From an uncultured bacterium (GTDB lineage Bacteria > Oederibacteriota > Oederibacteriia > Oederibacteriales > Oederibacteriaceae): a stretch of DNA of 64,000 bases. Position numbers and translations under genes: made by a program. The notes under the pieces were generated by a model that made no database searches, was not told the origin of the DNA, and was given only the letters and a program-made list of their open reading frames with translations. Shown here one piece after another: positions 49,288 through 57,597 of this stretch; within the stretch, counting starts at the first letter, position 1, and each line of letters starts with the position of its first letter. The DNA is taken from the NCBI GenBank assembly GCA_965112635.1, contig OZ218778.1, forward strand, positions 1,920,001-1,984,000, written 5' to 3'.

Positions 49288-50838
49288 ATGAAAAAGAAAG
49301 TAAATGGGAAGGTATTCCTCGTAGGAAGCGGAACGGGAAACCGCACCCAAGCGATCGCTAAAGCCAAGGCCTGTTTGAAGAAAGCGGATTGGGTGCTCTA
49401 TGACCACGTGGTGAATTCCCAACTCCTGGATTACTGCAGCAAAAAGACCAAATTTAAGTTCATCGGCAAGAAGAACGGCCAGCTCACCCTCACTCAGAAA
49501 CAAATCAACCAATTCCTGGTATCCAAAGCCTTGGACGGCTCCAAACTGGTCTGTTTGAAAGGCAGCGGCCCTTTTGTGCTCAAGTCCAGAAAGGGTGAAG
49601 CCGCCGCTTTGTCCAAGGCCGGGATCAGCTTTAAGATGATCCCAGCCCTGGCGCTGGGTTCCGAACTGGCTGGCAAGGCCAAAGACGCCGCCGCCCAATC
49701 GAAAGACGCAGCCAGATCCAGGGACAAGGAAGCTCTGAAGAGCCTGGCCAAAGCCAAGAGCGCCGCATCCGCCCCGGTAAAATTTAAAGAGACTATCGCC
49801 TATCTGAGAAAGGAAGACCACCTGCCCCAAATGGTCCACCATTTACTCAGCCAGGGTTTTTCGGAGCACGGACCGATCACGCTCGTCCACAGCAGTACCA
49901 AGGCCGTCCCCAAAACGATCACGGGCAACCTGACCAATATCGTGGAGCTGGCCAAAGCCCAGATGATCAAAACCCCGGCTATCCTGATCGCCGGCGAGAC
50001 CGAAAAGCTCAAAGACAAGCTCAGCTGGTTCGAGAACAAGCCGCTTTACGGTAAGACCATCATCGTAAACCGCACCAGGGAACAGGGCAGCGACCTGGTC
50101 AACCTTCTTATGCAAGAAGGGGCTTGCGTGCTGGAGAACCCCCTCATCAAAATCGCCCCGCCCCAGAGCTTCAACTCCCTGGACGCGGCCATCAAGGAGC
50201 TCCACCGTTACCACTGGATCGTCTTTACCAGCGCCAACGGAGTGAGATATTTCATGTCCAGGCTGAGGGCATCCCGCAAGGATGTCCATGACCTGAAAAA
50301 GATCAAGGTCGCCGCGGTGGGGCCCATCACCAGGGACTGTCTGGAGTCCAAGGGCGTCCAGGTGCACGTGATGGCCAAGGAGTACTCCGCCGAAGAGGTT
50401 GAGCCGGTGCTGGGCAGGCTGAAAGAAAAAAGAATACTGATCCCCAGGGCCCACGTGGCCCGCGACATCCTTCCCCTGACCCTGAAAAAGAGCGGTGCCA
50501 TTGTGGACGTAGTCGAGACCTACCAGTCCATCTGTGACGAAAAAGACTGCAAGCATATCAAGGATTCCCTCAGGGAGAAAAAGGTACACTTGGTGGCATT
50601 CACCAACTCCGCGACCGTGGACCAATTCATGAAGATATTTAAGCCGAACGAGCTTAAATCCTTGCTGGGCAACGTGGTCATTGCGGCGATCGGTCCCATT
50701 ACCGTCCAATCCTTGTTCAACTACGGGTTGCGCTGCTCGGTCACGGCCAAAGAATACACCGTTTCGGCACTCACCAGGCATATCATCGATTACTTCCAAA
50801 AGGCAGCCGCGCCAAAGCCAAAAAGGAAAAGTAGGTAG
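49288..50838 (+). CDS. hemD: CobA-HemD fusion with a degenerate uroporphyrinogen-III methyltransferase domain and an apparently intact HemD domain
   Basis: Linker 'WFENKPLYGKTIIVNRTREQ'; HemD motifs WIVFTSANGV, AVGPIT, AFTNSATV, AIGPIT. The N-domain has lost GAGPGD and KGGDP. Confidence 0.85.
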   Translation: MKKKVNGKVFLVGSGTGNRTQAIAKAKACLKKADWVLYDHVVNSQLLDYCSKKTKFKFIGKKNGQLTLTQKQINQFLVSKALDGSKLVCLKGSGPFVLKSRKGEAAALSKAGISFKMIPALALGSELAGKAKDAAAQSKDAARSRDKEALKSLAKAKSAASAPVKFKETIAYLRKEDHLPQMVHHLLSQGFSEHGPITLVHSSTKAVPKTITGNLTNIVELAKAQMIKTPAILIAGETEKLKDKLSWFENKPLYGKTIIVNRTREQGSDLVNLLMQEGACVLENPLIKIAPPQSFNSLDAAIKELHRYHWIVFTSANGVRYFMSRLRASRKDVHDLKKIKVAAVGPITRDCLESKGVQVHVMAKEYSAEEVEPVLGRLKEKRILIPRAHVARDILPLTLKKSGAIVDVVETYQSICDEKDCKHIKDSLREKKVHLVAFTNSATVDQFMKIFKPNELKSLLGNVVIAAIGPITVQSLFNYGLRCSVTAKEYTVSALTRHIIDYFQKAAAPKPKRKSR

Positions 50839-50889
50839 AGTGCCTGGCCGTTCTCCCGCCGCGGCGATCTTTCGCCAAGAAGGAAAGTC

Positions 50890-51939
50890 ATGAAAAAAAA
50901 GAGCCTGTTTTATCTGTTGTTGTTAGGACTGTGCCTGGGGACGGCTTTTTTTGTTTCCTTGACCGTGGGACCTGTCCAAGTTCCCTTTACGGCCTGCTGC
51001 CAGATCCTGGTTTCCGCTATTTCCCATGGGCCTTCCGCCGCACCGGAACTTCCCCAGGAATGGGCTGATATCGTCCTTAAAATAAGGCTTCCCCGCCTGC
51101 TGCTGGGCCTGCTGGTGGGGGCTTGCCTGGGGACCGCGGGGGCGGTCTACCAGAGCCTGCTGGGCAATCCCCTGGCGGACCCGTACACGCTGGGGATCTC
51201 TTCGGGAGCGGCGCTGGGCGCCACCATCGCCTTTTTCCTGGGCGGGCTGGTGCAGTCTGAACTGCTGAAGTTCCTGCTGTTCGGGCCCTATACCGTCCCG
51301 CTCTGGGCTTTTGCCGGCGCGCTGTTGACCTTGTTCCTTCTTTACCTCCTGGCCAGGGTGTCCGGCAAACTTCCGGCCGTGACGCTGCTGCTGGCCGGGG
51401 TCATGGTCAGCGCGTTCTTTTCCGCCCTCATCCTGCTGCTGGTATGTCTAGGCAACCGGCAGATGGAGGAGATCTTTTTTTGGCTTATCGGCAGCCTGAG
51501 CACCGTGGACTTCTCCCTTTTAAAAGTGGCCTGGGTCTACAGCCTCCTGTGTTTCATCCTCATTTACGCCTGCGCTAAGGACCTCAACGCCCTGTCCCTG
51601 GGCGAAGAAAAAGCCGTGCACCTGGGCGTGGCCGTGGAAAAGGTCAAGACTTTCCTGTTCGTGGTCGTTTCGTTGATGGTCGGGGCGTGCGTTTCATTGA
51701 GCGGCCTCATCGGTTTTGTAGGCCTGCTGGTGCCGCACGCCTTGAGAGTGCTGGTCGGGGCAGACCACAGGGTCTTGCTGCCGGCTTGCGCCTTGGGCGG
51801 GGGTTTTTTCCTGATCTGCGCTGATACCCTGGCCAGGACCATGACCGCTCCCACCGAACTGCCCGTGGGCGTCATGACCGCCTTGCTGGGGGCGCCGTTT
51901 TTCCTCTATCTATTGAGGAAGAGCCGCAAGCTCCATTGA
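50890..51939 (+). CDS. BtuC/FecCD-family ABC transporter permease
   Basis: IRLPRLL, NPLADPYTLGISSGA, GEEKAVHLG, IGFVGLLVPH, ELPVG. Confidence 0.93.
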   Translation: MKKKSLFYLLLLGLCLGTAFFVSLTVGPVQVPFTACCQILVSAISHGPSAAPELPQEWADIVLKIRLPRLLLGLLVGACLGTAGAVYQSLLGNPLADPYTLGISSGAALGATIAFFLGGLVQSELLKFLLFGPYTVPLWAFAGALLTLFLLYLLARVSGKLPAVTLLLAGVMVSAFFSALILLLVCLGNRQMEEIFFWLIGSLSTVDFSLLKVAWVYSLLCFILIYACAKDLNALSLGEEKAVHLGVAVEKVKTFLFVVVSLMVGACVSLSGLIGFVGLLVPHALRVLVGADHRVLLPACALGGGFFLICADTLARTMTAPTELPVGVMTALLGAPFFLYLLRKSRKLH

Positions 51940-51970
51940 GCCTAGGGAAGGGAACGGAGGGCGAGGGCTG

Positions 51971-52786
51971 ATGCAGGAAAGGAAAACATATTTAAAAGGC
52001 AGGCCGATCCTCAAGGTCAAGGGTTTATGCGCCGGTTATTTTAACCATCCTGTCCTCAAGGACATCAGCTTTGACCTCAAACAGGGAGAATGGCTGGGGG
52101 TCATCGGACCCAACGGCGCCGGCAAGACGACCCTGCTCAAGAGCCTGTGCCGGGTGATCGTCCCTGAGGCCGGTTCCGTGTGGTACCTTGGCCGGGAAAT
52201 CCGGGATTGGCCGACCCGGGAACTGGCGCGCCATATCGCGATCCTTTCCGCCGAGGATACCATGAGGTTCCCCTTCACGGTCAGGGAAGTGGTCATGATG
52301 GGCCGCAGCCCCTACTGGTCCCGTTTCGGGTGGGAAAGCAGGGATGACCAGCGGATCGTGGATAAAAGTCTTGCCCTGTCCGATACCACGGAGTTGCAGG
52401 ACAAGACCTTTTTTGACCTTTCCTCAGGGGAAAAAAGACGGGTGATGATCAGCCAGGCTCTGGCCCAGGAACCCCAACTCCTATTCCTGGACGAGCCTAA
52501 CGCCTTTCTAGACCTCAAACACCAAGTCCAGTTGTTCAGCCTTTTAAAACAACTGCATCAGACCCAAAAATTGACCCTTTTAATGACCCTTCACGACCTG
52601 AACCTGGCCGCTGAATTCTGTTCCCGGCTGATCCTTTTAAAACAGGGTGAAATTGTTACTGCGGGCAGGCCCCAGGATGTTCTGACCATGGCTAATTTAA
52701 GACAGGTTTACGGGGTTCAGGCAAAGGTCTGGAAAAACCCCGTAACCCGGACCCCCTGGATTTTTCCCGTCAGTGTAGTTAAATAG
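51971..52786 (+). CDS. BtuD/FecE-family ABC transporter ATP-binding protein
   Basis: GPNGAGKT, LSSGE, LFLDEP, HDLNLA. Confidence 0.93.
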   Translation: MQERKTYLKGRPILKVKGLCAGYFNHPVLKDISFDLKQGEWLGVIGPNGAGKTTLLKSLCRVIVPEAGSVWYLGREIRDWPTRELARHIAILSAEDTMRFPFTVREVVMMGRSPYWSRFGWESRDDQRIVDKSLALSDTTELQDKTFFDLSSGEKRRVMISQALAQEPQLLFLDEPNAFLDLKHQVQLFSLLKQLHQTQKLTLLMTLHDLNLAAEFCSRLILLKQGEIVTAGRPQDVLTMANLRQVYGVQAKVWKNPVTRTPWIFPVSVVK

Positions 52787-52814
52787 ACAGTGAAGTTTTC
52801 CTTTTAAGGAGGAT

Positions 52815-53681
52815 TTGACCGTGTTGCTTAAGCGCAGAGTTTTGATCGCCACAGCCATTCTGTTCATAGGGTGCCTGGCCACCCTTTCCTGGGCTGAGGA
52901 TACCCTTTTAGATAGGCTGACCTCGCCAGATTTCAGGTCCAGACAGCGCGCTCTGGGAGAACTCCGTGCTCTGGATCAAAAAGACAGACAACCCCTGATT
53001 CCAGGACTCATCCAGGTCCTCAAAGAAGGGGACAAGAACAGCCGGGAGGGCGCGGGCGATGCCCTCGCGGCCATTGGCGCTCCCGTTGTGCCCCAGCTTT
53101 TAAAAGCCTTGAACTCCGGCGATACGGCCCAGTGCAAGCTGGTCATCAAGACCCTGGGCGACATGGGACAGGACGGCCAGGCCGCGGTCCCTAAGTTGGT
53201 GCGCTTGTATAACAGGAGCACGGATAAGGAGACGCGTTATTTCATAGTGGCCGCCTGGGGAGGCATCGGGCCGTGGGCCAGCGAAGCCTTTTCTGTGATC
53301 CGGGACGCCTTGAACAGCGACGATGCGACCATGCGGCAGATCGCCACCCATACCCTCGGACAGATGGGCGTGAACGGGGCAGAGGCATTGCCGGACCTGG
53401 TCAGGGCCATGGCGGAGGACCAGGATTACAGCCTGAGGCTCAGCGCCGTCAAAGCCGTGGGGAACATGGGACGCAGGGCCGCGGGGTCGGTGGGCGTCCT
53501 CACCCATATTGTCAAGAACGACGATGATAAATTGGAGATCAAGGACGCGGCTTATTATTCCCTGAAAAATATCGGCACTCCCGAGGCTTTGGACGCTTCT
53601 GAATGGTACAGACGCGAGGTCATCAAAGACACCCATATGCCCGACGCTTTTAAAAAAGTTCTCAATGCGAATGATGAATAA
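52815..53681 (+). CDS. Exported HEAT/PBS-lyase-repeat protein
   Basis: Signal peptide followed by repeats such as 'AGDALAAIG..VVPQL', 'LGDMG..AVPKL', 'LGQMG..ALPDL'. Confidence 0.8.
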   Translation: MTVLLKRRVLIATAILFIGCLATLSWAEDTLLDRLTSPDFRSRQRALGELRALDQKDRQPLIPGLIQVLKEGDKNSREGAGDALAAIGAPVVPQLLKALNSGDTAQCKLVIKTLGDMGQDGQAAVPKLVRLYNRSTDKETRYFIVAAWGGIGPWASEAFSVIRDALNSDDATMRQIATHTLGQMGVNGAEALPDLVRAMAEDQDYSLRLSAVKAVGNMGRRAAGSVGVLTHIVKNDDDKLEIKDAAYYSLKNIGTPEALDASEWYRREVIKDTHMPDAFKKVLNANDE

Positions 53682-55419
53682 GCACAGCCAAAGCATTCTA
53701 TGGGCCTCCGGTTTTTTGCTTTTGTTCCTCTTGTCCTTCCCGTTTTCCAGCCAGGGCCAGGAGCTTTGGCCCAGCGATGAAGCCAGTATAGACCTGAAAC
53801 ACCAGGAAAACGCCGGCGAATTCCTGCAAACCGTCCCCGGAGTTTTGGAACAAGGTTTGGGGACCCTGCAAAGCCCTTTTCTTGCCGCGATGCGGGGAGC
53901 CTCCAGCCGGCAAAGCCTTTACCTTTTCGAAGGAACACCCCTCAACTCGCCGCTGACCGGGACCGTTGACCTTTCCACGGTGTCCGTCCATGGCGTAGGA
54001 GGCATCACGGCAGAAAGTGTCCCGGTTATCCAGGTACAAGCTTCGCCCGGAGGGGCCTTTGAACTGTCGGCCAAAAAACCCCACGATTTGTTTTCCTTTG
54101 GGGATTCCTTTTTCGTCCAGGATTATAAGGGTCTGGGTTTTAATGTCCATCAGGGCGTTAACCTGGATTTTCTGCAGTACAACCTGCAATACAGCCGTTT
54201 TACCTCGGACGGGTGGACGGCTAACAGTAGTGTAAGCCGCAGCCAGGGCAACGGTTATTTTGGGTATGATTTTGATCCTGAACATAATCTGTCTTTTTGT
54301 TTCGACCATTTTGAGGACACCAAGGGGGACCCCGGACCTTCGGGTCAATTCCAGGGCGTCTATCCCTGCCGGCAAAATACGGACAGGGCTGATCGTATGG
54401 TCCTGGACTACCGCGCAGCGGTCACCAGTGTTTGGGGTGCCGATTTCAAGGGTTTTATGAACACAAACCAGAACCAGGATAGCAACCTCGGGTCGGTCTT
54501 GCTGGATTCCAGGGACAGCCTCAGCGGAGTCATCTGGCAGAATCAGTTCAACCTTAACAGGAACTGGGAAATAGAAGCAGGGGCCAATCTCCAACAGGGG
54601 TGGGGCCACTCGACCTTGCTGAACACCGACCAGCAGCAGACCGCGGGCGATTATTCTCTGGGGAGCCGGATCGTATGGCAGGATAACTGGACCCTGAAAG
54701 CAGAGGCCTCCAACACTTTGACTGATGCCAGGCGGCTGGGCATGGAAAATTTCAGCGGTTTGGTCCAATGGGGAAGCGAAAATGGGATCAGGACGTGGTT
54801 CAGTGCCGGAAGAACGCTGCGGCCACCTACTTTGCTGGAACTTTACGGGTCCGGCACAGGCAACTCCCAACTTTTACCCGAGGAGGCGGCAAACGCGGAA
54901 TCCGGCTTGGAAGTGCAGTCAGGCGATTGGGCCTTTCAGCCGGTCCTGTTTGGCACCCAGGTCACCGATTACATCAACCAGGGGCCCGCGGGCGTTTATG
55001 ACAACCTCGGGCAGGAGCAGTGGTACGGGTTGGAGTTCCAGGCGATATGGAAACCCAATCCACAGATCCTGGTCGCCGGCCACGAGATGTGGCTTAAGGC
55101 GCAGTCCAAGAGGCCGGAGCAGACGGATTGGACGGATTTGCCCTATAAGCCCCAGGCCAGCGGAGCAGCCAACCTGTCCGTCATCCTGGAAGGCGCGGCG
55201 CTGACCCTGGAGGAACAATACGTTGGTTCCCGGCAGTCGGAAACCAACCAAGGTTTGGACAATTACGGACTGACAAACCTGTACCTTGATTATTACGGCG
55301 AACAATGGGGATTTTTCCTGAACGTATTTAACCTGATGGATTTGAGGAGTTACCAGATAAGCCAGGGATATGACGGAGAGCCGAGGGTTTATAAGGGGGG
55401 CGTTACCTGGAAATTTTAA
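53665..55419 (+). CDS. TonB-dependent outer-membrane receptor (BtuB-like)
   Basis: Plug 'LQTVPGV...MRGASSRQ', 'RPPTLLELY', 'GNSQLLPE', 'NVFNLMD', terminal 'GVTWKF'. Confidence 0.85.
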   Translation: MRMMNKHSQSILWASGFLLLFLLSFPFSSQGQELWPSDEASIDLKHQENAGEFLQTVPGVLEQGLGTLQSPFLAAMRGASSRQSLYLFEGTPLNSPLTGTVDLSTVSVHGVGGITAESVPVIQVQASPGGAFELSAKKPHDLFSFGDSFFVQDYKGLGFNVHQGVNLDFLQYNLQYSRFTSDGWTANSSVSRSQGNGYFGYDFDPEHNLSFCFDHFEDTKGDPGPSGQFQGVYPCRQNTDRADRMVLDYRAAVTSVWGADFKGFMNTNQNQDSNLGSVLLDSRDSLSGVIWQNQFNLNRNWEIEAGANLQQGWGHSTLLNTDQQQTAGDYSLGSRIVWQDNWTLKAEASNTLTDARRLGMENFSGLVQWGSENGIRTWFSAGRTLRPPTLLELYGSGTGNSQLLPEEAANAESGLEVQSGDWAFQPVLFGTQVTDYINQGPAGVYDNLGQEQWYGLEFQAIWKPNPQILVAGHEMWLKAQSKRPEQTDWTDLPYKPQASGAANLSVILEGAALTLEEQYVGSRQSETNQGLDNYGLTNLYLDYYGEQWGFFLNVFNLMDLRSYQISQGYDGEPRVYKGGVTWKF

Positions 55420-55425
55420 AGGCGC

Positions 55426-56268
55426 TTATAAGCCGATCTCCAGGCCAGCATATGCCATTTCCACGGCCATGGAAGAGCCCGCATTCACGACAGCCTGCCT
55501 AGCTTCCGCCAGTAGAGCGTCCACAGCCTGGTCGCCCCGATCCTGATTGATATGCCACAAGACCAGTTTTTTTACTTTGGCCTGGAGCCCCAGCTTGACC
55601 GTGTCCAGGAAAATCGAATGGCCGAACCCTTTGGAAAAAGCGTTGTATTCTTTTTCCGTGTATTCCGCGTCGTGAATCAGCACATCCGCGTCCTGGACGA
55701 ACTTGGCATAATCATTAAAACTCTTACCGTCGGGATGCTTGAGGGTGAGCTCGTTATCCGGCAGAAAAGCAACGCTTTTGCCGCCTTCTTGGATGAGATA
55801 TCCGAATCCCCCGTTGGGATGGCTCAGGGGGATGGTCTTAACTTTTAGGCCGGCGAAGGACATGGTCTTTGAACAAACTTTATCAAAGTTGAGTTTTGCG
55901 CCGACCTGCTGGAGCTGGACAGGGAAATGGGGCGGATGCATCAGATATTGGAGCGCAGTTTTGAGACTTTTTTGGGCAGCGGTCCAGCCGTGCAGGGAGA
56001 TGACCGTATCTTTACGGAAAAGGGGTTTAAAGAAAGGAAAACCCATGATGTGGTCCCAGTGGGCATGGCTCAAAAGCATATGGAATTCTTTGCGGCCATC
56101 CTGAAGAACTTTGTTCCCCATACGGCGTAATCCCGTGCCAGCGTCCAGGATCACGGTTTGCCCGTCACGGGTAACCAATTCAATGCAAGTGGTATCCCCG
56201 CCGTATCTTGCGTATTCAGGGCCGCTCACCGGAATGGAACCGCGGCAACCCCATACGTGAAGATTCAT
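55426..56268 (-). CDS. MBL-fold metallo-hydrolase (PhnP/phosphodiesterase-like)
   Basis: WGCRGSIP, YGGDTTC, DAGTG, HAHWDHIMG, LIHDAEY, GHS. Confidence 0.9.
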   Translation of the reverse strand: MNLHVWGCRGSIPVSGPEYARYGGDTTCIELVTRDGQTVILDAGTGLRRMGNKVLQDGRKEFHMLLSHAHWDHIMGFPFFKPLFRKDTVISLHGWTAAQKSLKTALQYLMHPPHFPVQLQQVGAKLNFDKVCSKTMSFAGLKVKTIPLSHPNGGFGYLIQEGGKSVAFLPDNELTLKHPDGKSFNDYAKFVQDADVLIHDAEYTEKEYNAFSKGFGHSIFLDTVKLGLQAKVKKLVLWHINQDRGDQAVDALLAEARQAVVNAGSSMAVEMAYAGLEIGL

Positions 56269-56528
56269 CCCTATCCTCCACTTTCACCAGTTTTTACTAA
56301 GCAGGAAACTAATTCAGTCTATAGCCTATTTTATATAGGGTCAAGGAAAGAAAATGTGTTTATGGCCACAAAAAAGCTGAAAAACCGTAAGTTTATAGGG
56401 GCCAGAGGAGGTTTTTGACCAATAAATTTCCTTTATTATAGGGAACTTTTTTTATATTTGGTTGTCTAACAAGTTAGAAGAAAAGCGGGTATAATTACCT
56501 CAATATTTAAAATTTTTTAAGGGAGGTA

Positions 56529-57578
56529 ATGATGAAATTGTTCAATATAAAGCGACTTGTTTGCTTAGCTGTGACACTGCTATTATGTTGCAATGTGATG
56601 TCACTATTTGCCCAAGTACCCAATATCAGCCGGGAAACCTGGTCCTGGGTGAACGAATGCCAGGCCAGGAGTGCGATTTACAAGAAAAACCATGGCGGCA
56701 ATTCTACCGGTATCGTCTGCCATTTTGGGGATTCCATCACCTACGCCAGCCCTTACTCAAGCTGGGCTAGAAACGGTGAAGGACAAACGCCGGAAGATGT
56801 CGCTGTCCTCAAGTGGATGCATGTGGGAGGACACCAAGGACCGACCGACCCGGGGCCCACTATCACGAATAAAATGCCGGATGATTGCGCGGCCGTCAAG
56901 GCAGCCTGGGGGCAGGACGGGTGGTGGCTGGCTTATGTGGACATGAGCTACAACGGTTCTTATACGGCGAGGAGCGGCATCAACACCGAACAGTTTTTAG
57001 ACGGGGGCCACGACCTGCCTCCCGTGAATGACATGATGAACTGCTATGACCCGGAGATTGCGGTCGTGATGCTGGGTACTAATGATGGGGGCCAAAAGAT
57101 TTCCGCGTCCAATACGCAGAATTATTTGGACACGATCGTCACGCAAATGCTCTATCCTGGCGGGAATACTTCGGGCTCGCAAAGAGGGTGTATTCCCATC
57201 CTGACCACTCTGTCCCCGAGCGCTAATTTTGACGTCACCCCTTATAACGCGGCCATCGTGTCTGTGGCGACAAAGTATAACCTGCCCTTGATCGATTTTT
57301 ACAGTGAAGTCCAACTCAGGCAGCCGGGCACGCCGACATCGGGAGCCTGGCTGGGCACCCTGATCAACCCCCTGCCGGATGGAACCCATCCCACCGCGTC
57401 CGGCGGCAACTTCACGGCATCCAGCAATCCTTATACTGATAACTACGCGGCTCTGGCGCAGGTGGGATATTTGCTCCGCTGTTTCATAACAGTCAAGAAA
57501 ATTGAAGATGTCAAATCCAAATGCATTGATGCCGCGAATGGCGGCAATACGGCTCCGGCGCCTAATCCAGGGCAGTAA
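56529..57578 (+). CDS. Secreted SGNH/GDSL hydrolase, no tail
   Basis: Signal peptide; GDSITY (block I), MLGTND (block III), DGTHP (block V). Confidence 0.85.
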   Translation: MMKLFNIKRLVCLAVTLLLCCNVMSLFAQVPNISRETWSWVNECQARSAIYKKNHGGNSTGIVCHFGDSITYASPYSSWARNGEGQTPEDVAVLKWMHVGGHQGPTDPGPTITNKMPDDCAAVKAAWGQDGWWLAYVDMSYNGSYTARSGINTEQFLDGGHDLPPVNDMMNCYDPEIAVVMLGTNDGGQKISASNTQNYLDTIVTQMLYPGGNTSGSQRGCIPILTTLSPSANFDVTPYNAAIVSVATKYNLPLIDFYSEVQLRQPGTPTSGAWLGTLINPLPDGTHPTASGGNFTASSNPYTDNYAALAQVGYLLRCFITVKKIEDVKSKCIDAANGGNTAPAPNPGQ

Positions 57579-57597
57579 TTTATAGAAAGGAAGGGTC

